From Mobula birostris (Eukaryota), in assembly GCF_030028105.1 (NCBI RefSeq), contig NC_092379.1, positions 18,949,309-19,013,308 of the forward strand: 64,000 bases of DNA, read 5' to 3'. Below are positions 60,040-64,000 of the stretch, one piece after another. A program made the translations under genes and the position numbers. Position 1 is the first letter of the stretch. Each line of letters starts with the position of its first letter. Under the pieces are notes generated by a model that worked only from the letters and a program-made list of their open reading frames with translations, did not search any database and was not told the DNA's origin.

Positions 60040-63000
60040 GAGAGAGAGAGATTGAGACACAAGCTCCCGGTCTGGACATAAAGAGGGGGGAAGAGGGGAG
60101 AAATGTGGTAATTAGGGATAGTATAATCAGGGAAATAGACAGTTCCCTGTCGTGAGCGTCCCTTAGGCTGTGCTGCCCGCCTGATGCCCGAGTTTGGGAC
60201 ATCTTTATCTGACCTACAGAGGAATTTGCAGTGGAGAGAAAAGATCCAGTTGTTGTGGTCCATGTGGGTACCAAATACATAGATAGAACGAGGAAAGAGG
60301 TTCTGCGGAAGAATTTGAACAGTTTGGGACTAAATTAAAGGACAGAACTAAAAAGGTGGTAATCTCCGGATTACTACCTGAGCCATGTGCAAATTGGCAT
60401 AGGGTCAAGAAGAATGGAGAGTTAATGTGTAGCTCAAGGATTGGTGTGGAAGAAGTAGGTTTGAATTAATGGGAAATTGACAGCAGAATTGGGAAAGGAG
60501 GGAACTGTACCAATGGGATGGGCTCGACCTGAACCATGGTGCGACCTGGATCCCAGCAAGTCACATAATCAGGGCTGTGGATTGGGCTTTGACCTAAATA
60601 GTAGGGAGAGGGTGGGTTCAACAGATTGGAGAAGTATGGATAAAGTAAAAGAAAAAAAGTGTCGATAAAGATAAAGTAAAAGCAAAAGATAAAAAAGAGG
60701 AAAGTAAGAGTGGAGTGAAGAGAAGTCAGGTGCAAAAGAGAAAAAGATTACAAGATTTTAAAAACACAATGAGTGTAAGGTCACTTTATTTGAATGCCTG
60801 TAGTATTCGAAACAAGGTCGGTGAACTTGTGGCACAAATCACTACAAAAGGGTATGATTTAGTGGCCATTACAGAGGTTGCAGGGTGGAGAGGATTGGGA
60901 ATTAAATATCCAAGTATATCAAGTAATACGGAAAGATAGGCAGGAAGGTAAGGGAAGTGGAATATCCAAGTATATCAAGTAATACGGAAAGATAGGCAGG
61001 AAGGTAAGGGAAGTGGGATAGCACTCTTAATTAAAGATGAGATCGGGGCATTAGTGAGAGTTGATATAAGATCTAAGGAGCTGAATGTTGAACCCATCTG
61101 GGAGAGATTAGGAATAGTAAAGGGAAAAAATTACTGGAGTTGTCTATCGGCCAGTGAATAATAACATTACAGTGGCTTAGGCAATCTTATGTATCTGAGG
61201 TACATAAGAATGGAACAGCAGTTGTCATGGGGGACTTTAACTTGCACATCGATTGGGTAAATCAAGGTGGTCGAGGCAGTCTTGAGGAGGACTTCAGAGA
61301 ATACATCCATGATTGCTTTCTTGAACAGCATGTTACTGAACCTACAAGGGAACATGCTATCTTAGATACGGCCCTGTGCAATGAGACAGGTAAAATTAGT
61401 GATCTTGTTGTTAAGGATCCTCTTGGAAAAAGTGATCACAGTATGATTGAATTTTTCATACAAATGGAGGGTTCAGTAGTTCATCTGAAAACAGTGTATT
61501 ATGCCTGAACAATGGAGACTACAATGGGATGAAAGGAGATTTGGCTAGTGTAGATTGGGAACACAGGCTATATGATGGGATGGTTTAAGAACAGTGGGAG
61601 ACTTTCCAAGATATTTTTCACTTGCTCAACAGAAGTATATTCCAGTTAAAAGCAAGGACAGTAAGGGTCGGAAGAGCCAGGCTTGGATACTAAGGAAATA
61701 AAAGAAGGTATCAAACTAAAAGCTTGTTTGTACAGTCACCAAGAGTAGTGGGAACATGGAAGATTGGGAAAACTTAAAAAAGCAACAAACAACCACTAGG
61801 CAAGCAATAAAGAGAGGGAAGCTGGATTATGAAAATAAAATAGCACAAAATATAAAAAAAGGATAGTAAAAATGTTTTATAATTATATAAAGTGGAAAGG
61901 GGTGGCTAAAGTGAATGTAGATCCCTTGGAGGATGAGAAGGGGGAATTGATATTGGTTAATGAGGAAATGGCCGAGGCTTTAAATGACTATTCTGTGTTG
62001 GTCATCATGGTGGAGGACACGTTTAACCTGCCAAAGAGAGATGTTATGGATGCTATGGGAGGTGAAGACCTCGATACAATAACTATCACTGAAGAGGTAG
62101 TGCTGAGCAAACTTGTGGGCCTGAAGATAGATAAGTCCCCTGGTCCTGATGGAATGCATCCCAGGATACTGAAAGAAATGGCAGAAGCTACAGTAGAGGC
62201 TTTGGTGATAATTTGCCAAAATTCTGTGGACTCTAGGCAGGTCCCGGTGGAATGAAAGATGGCAAAAATCACATCACTGTTCAAAAAAGGATGTAGGCAA
62301 AAGGCAAGTAACTATAGGCCAGTTAGTTTAACATCTGTAGTTAGGAAAACGCTTGAAGCTATCATTAAAGAAGAATTGGCAAGGCACCTGGAAAGAAATG
62401 GATCCATCAGGCAGATGCAATATGGATTCAGCAAAGACGAGTCCTGTTTAACAAACTTACTGGAGTTCTTTTACGATATAGCCAGCAATATAGTAATAGA
62501 GGGGAGCAGATGGATGTTATTTACTTGGATTTACAGAAGGTGTTCGATAAGGTGCTGCATGAAAGAATAATTCATAAGATAGGGATGCATAGAGTGGGGG
62601 AGGGAGCGGTGATGTATTAGCATTGATAGAGGATTGGTTAAATAATAGAAAGCAGACAGTTGGGATACATGGGTGTTATTCTGGTTGGCAATCAGTGGTG
62701 AGCGTTGTGATGCAGGGGTCGGTCCACGATATACATTAACGATTTGGAAGAGGGGACCGAGTGTAGAGTACCTAAGTTTGCTGGTGGTACTAAATTGAGT
62801 GGAATAGCAAATTGTGCAGAAGATACGAAGAGTCTGCAGAGAGATATAGATAGTTTAAATGAATGGGCAAGGGTCTGGCAGATGGAGTACAATGTTGGTA
62901 GATGCGAGGTAATCCACTGTGGAAGAAAACATGGAAGATCAGATTTCTACTTAAATGGTAAAAAATTGCAGCACGCTGCTGTGCAGAGTGACTTGGGAGA

Positions 63001-63710
63001 GCTTGTACATGAATCGCAGAAGGTTGGTTTGCAGGTGCAGCAGGCTATTGAGAAGTTAAATGGAATGTTGGCCTTCATTGCTGGAGGGATTGAATTTAAG
63101 AGCAGGGAGGTTATGCTGTAACTGTACAGGGTACTGGTGAGGCTGCATCTGGAGGACTGTGAGCACTCTGGTCTCCTTACTTGAGGAAGCATATACTGGC
63201 TTTGGAGGTGGTGCAGAGGAGATTCACTAGGTTGATTCCAGAGGTGAGGGGATTAGACTATGAGGAGAGATTGAGTCACCTGGGATTTTACTTTCTGGAA
63301 TTCTAAGAATGAGAGGAGGTCTTAGAGAAACATATAACGTTATGAAAGGGATAGGTAAGAAAGAGACAGGAAAGTTGTTTCGACTGGTAGGTGAGACTAG
63401 AACTAGGGGACATAACCTCAGGATATGGGGGAAGTAGATTTAGGATGGAGATGAGGAGCAACTGCTTTTCCCAGACAGTAGTGAATCTGTGGAATTCTCT
63501 GCCCAATGAAGCAGTGGAGGCTACCTCAGTAAATATATTTAAGACAAAGTTGGATAGATTTTTGCATAGTAGGGGAATTAAGGGTTATGAGGAAAAAGCA
63601 CGTAGGTGGAGATGAGTTCATGGTCAGATCAGCCATGATCTTATTGAATGGTGGAGTATGCTCAATGGGCCAGATGGCCTATTCCTGCTCCTTATGTTTT
63701 TATGTTCTTA
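60040..63710 (+). mobile_element. Near full-length decayed CR1-like LINE
   Basis: ORF1 esterase-like region (VVVHVGT-like, VVISGLLP), endonuclease (LNACSIRNK, MGDFN, SDH), RT (KSPGPDGMHPRIL, YRPVSLTS) and 3' tail; many stops. Confidence 0.88.
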
Positions 63711-64000
63711 CATCAGTGGACAAATATCCCACCGAGAGGCAGGGACTGAGATACACCAGTCAGTGGTCAGATATCCCCCAGAGAGACAGGGACTGAGAGA
63801 CACCAGTCAGTCCATAAACCATAAGACCATAAGATATAGGAGCAGAACTGGGCCATTTGGTCCATCAAGTCTGTTCCAACATTTCATCACGGCTGATCCA
63901 ATTTTCCTCTCAGCCCCAATCATCTGCTCCTCCCCTTATCCCTTCATTCCCCGACCAGTCAAGAAACTATCAACCTCTACCTTAAATATACAAAAAGAAT

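Overview
Cartilaginous-fish genomic DNA (repeat content suggests a ray; inference). It carries one complete immunoglobulin heavy-chain minilocus of the IgW (IgD-lineage) type on the minus strand, about 18.3-59.7 kb. Transcription order: leader, VH with a short D-like remnant already attached and followed by a 12-bp-spacer RSS (apparent germline-joined VD), JH, CH1, CH2, five tandem CH3-CH4 modules, CH5, CH6 with secretory tailpiece, a further diverged CH3'-CH4' pair, a candidate Cys-rich tail exon, TM1 and a candidate TM2. I checked all 16 C exons by hand; each has an open frame and phase-1 AG/GT boundaries (terminal CH6 has the acceptor only). Three truncated CH5 pseudo-exons and shared junctions record how the array expanded. 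The rest is decayed CR1, Rex/Babar, RTE, Penelope-like, Gypsy and Tc1 elements, solo LTRs, one 151-N gap and an unidentified duplicated segment at 9-18 kb. CH numbering is inferred from recalled IgNAR C2-C5 sequences. Mobile-element boundaries are approximate unless a target-site duplication (TSD) is quoted.
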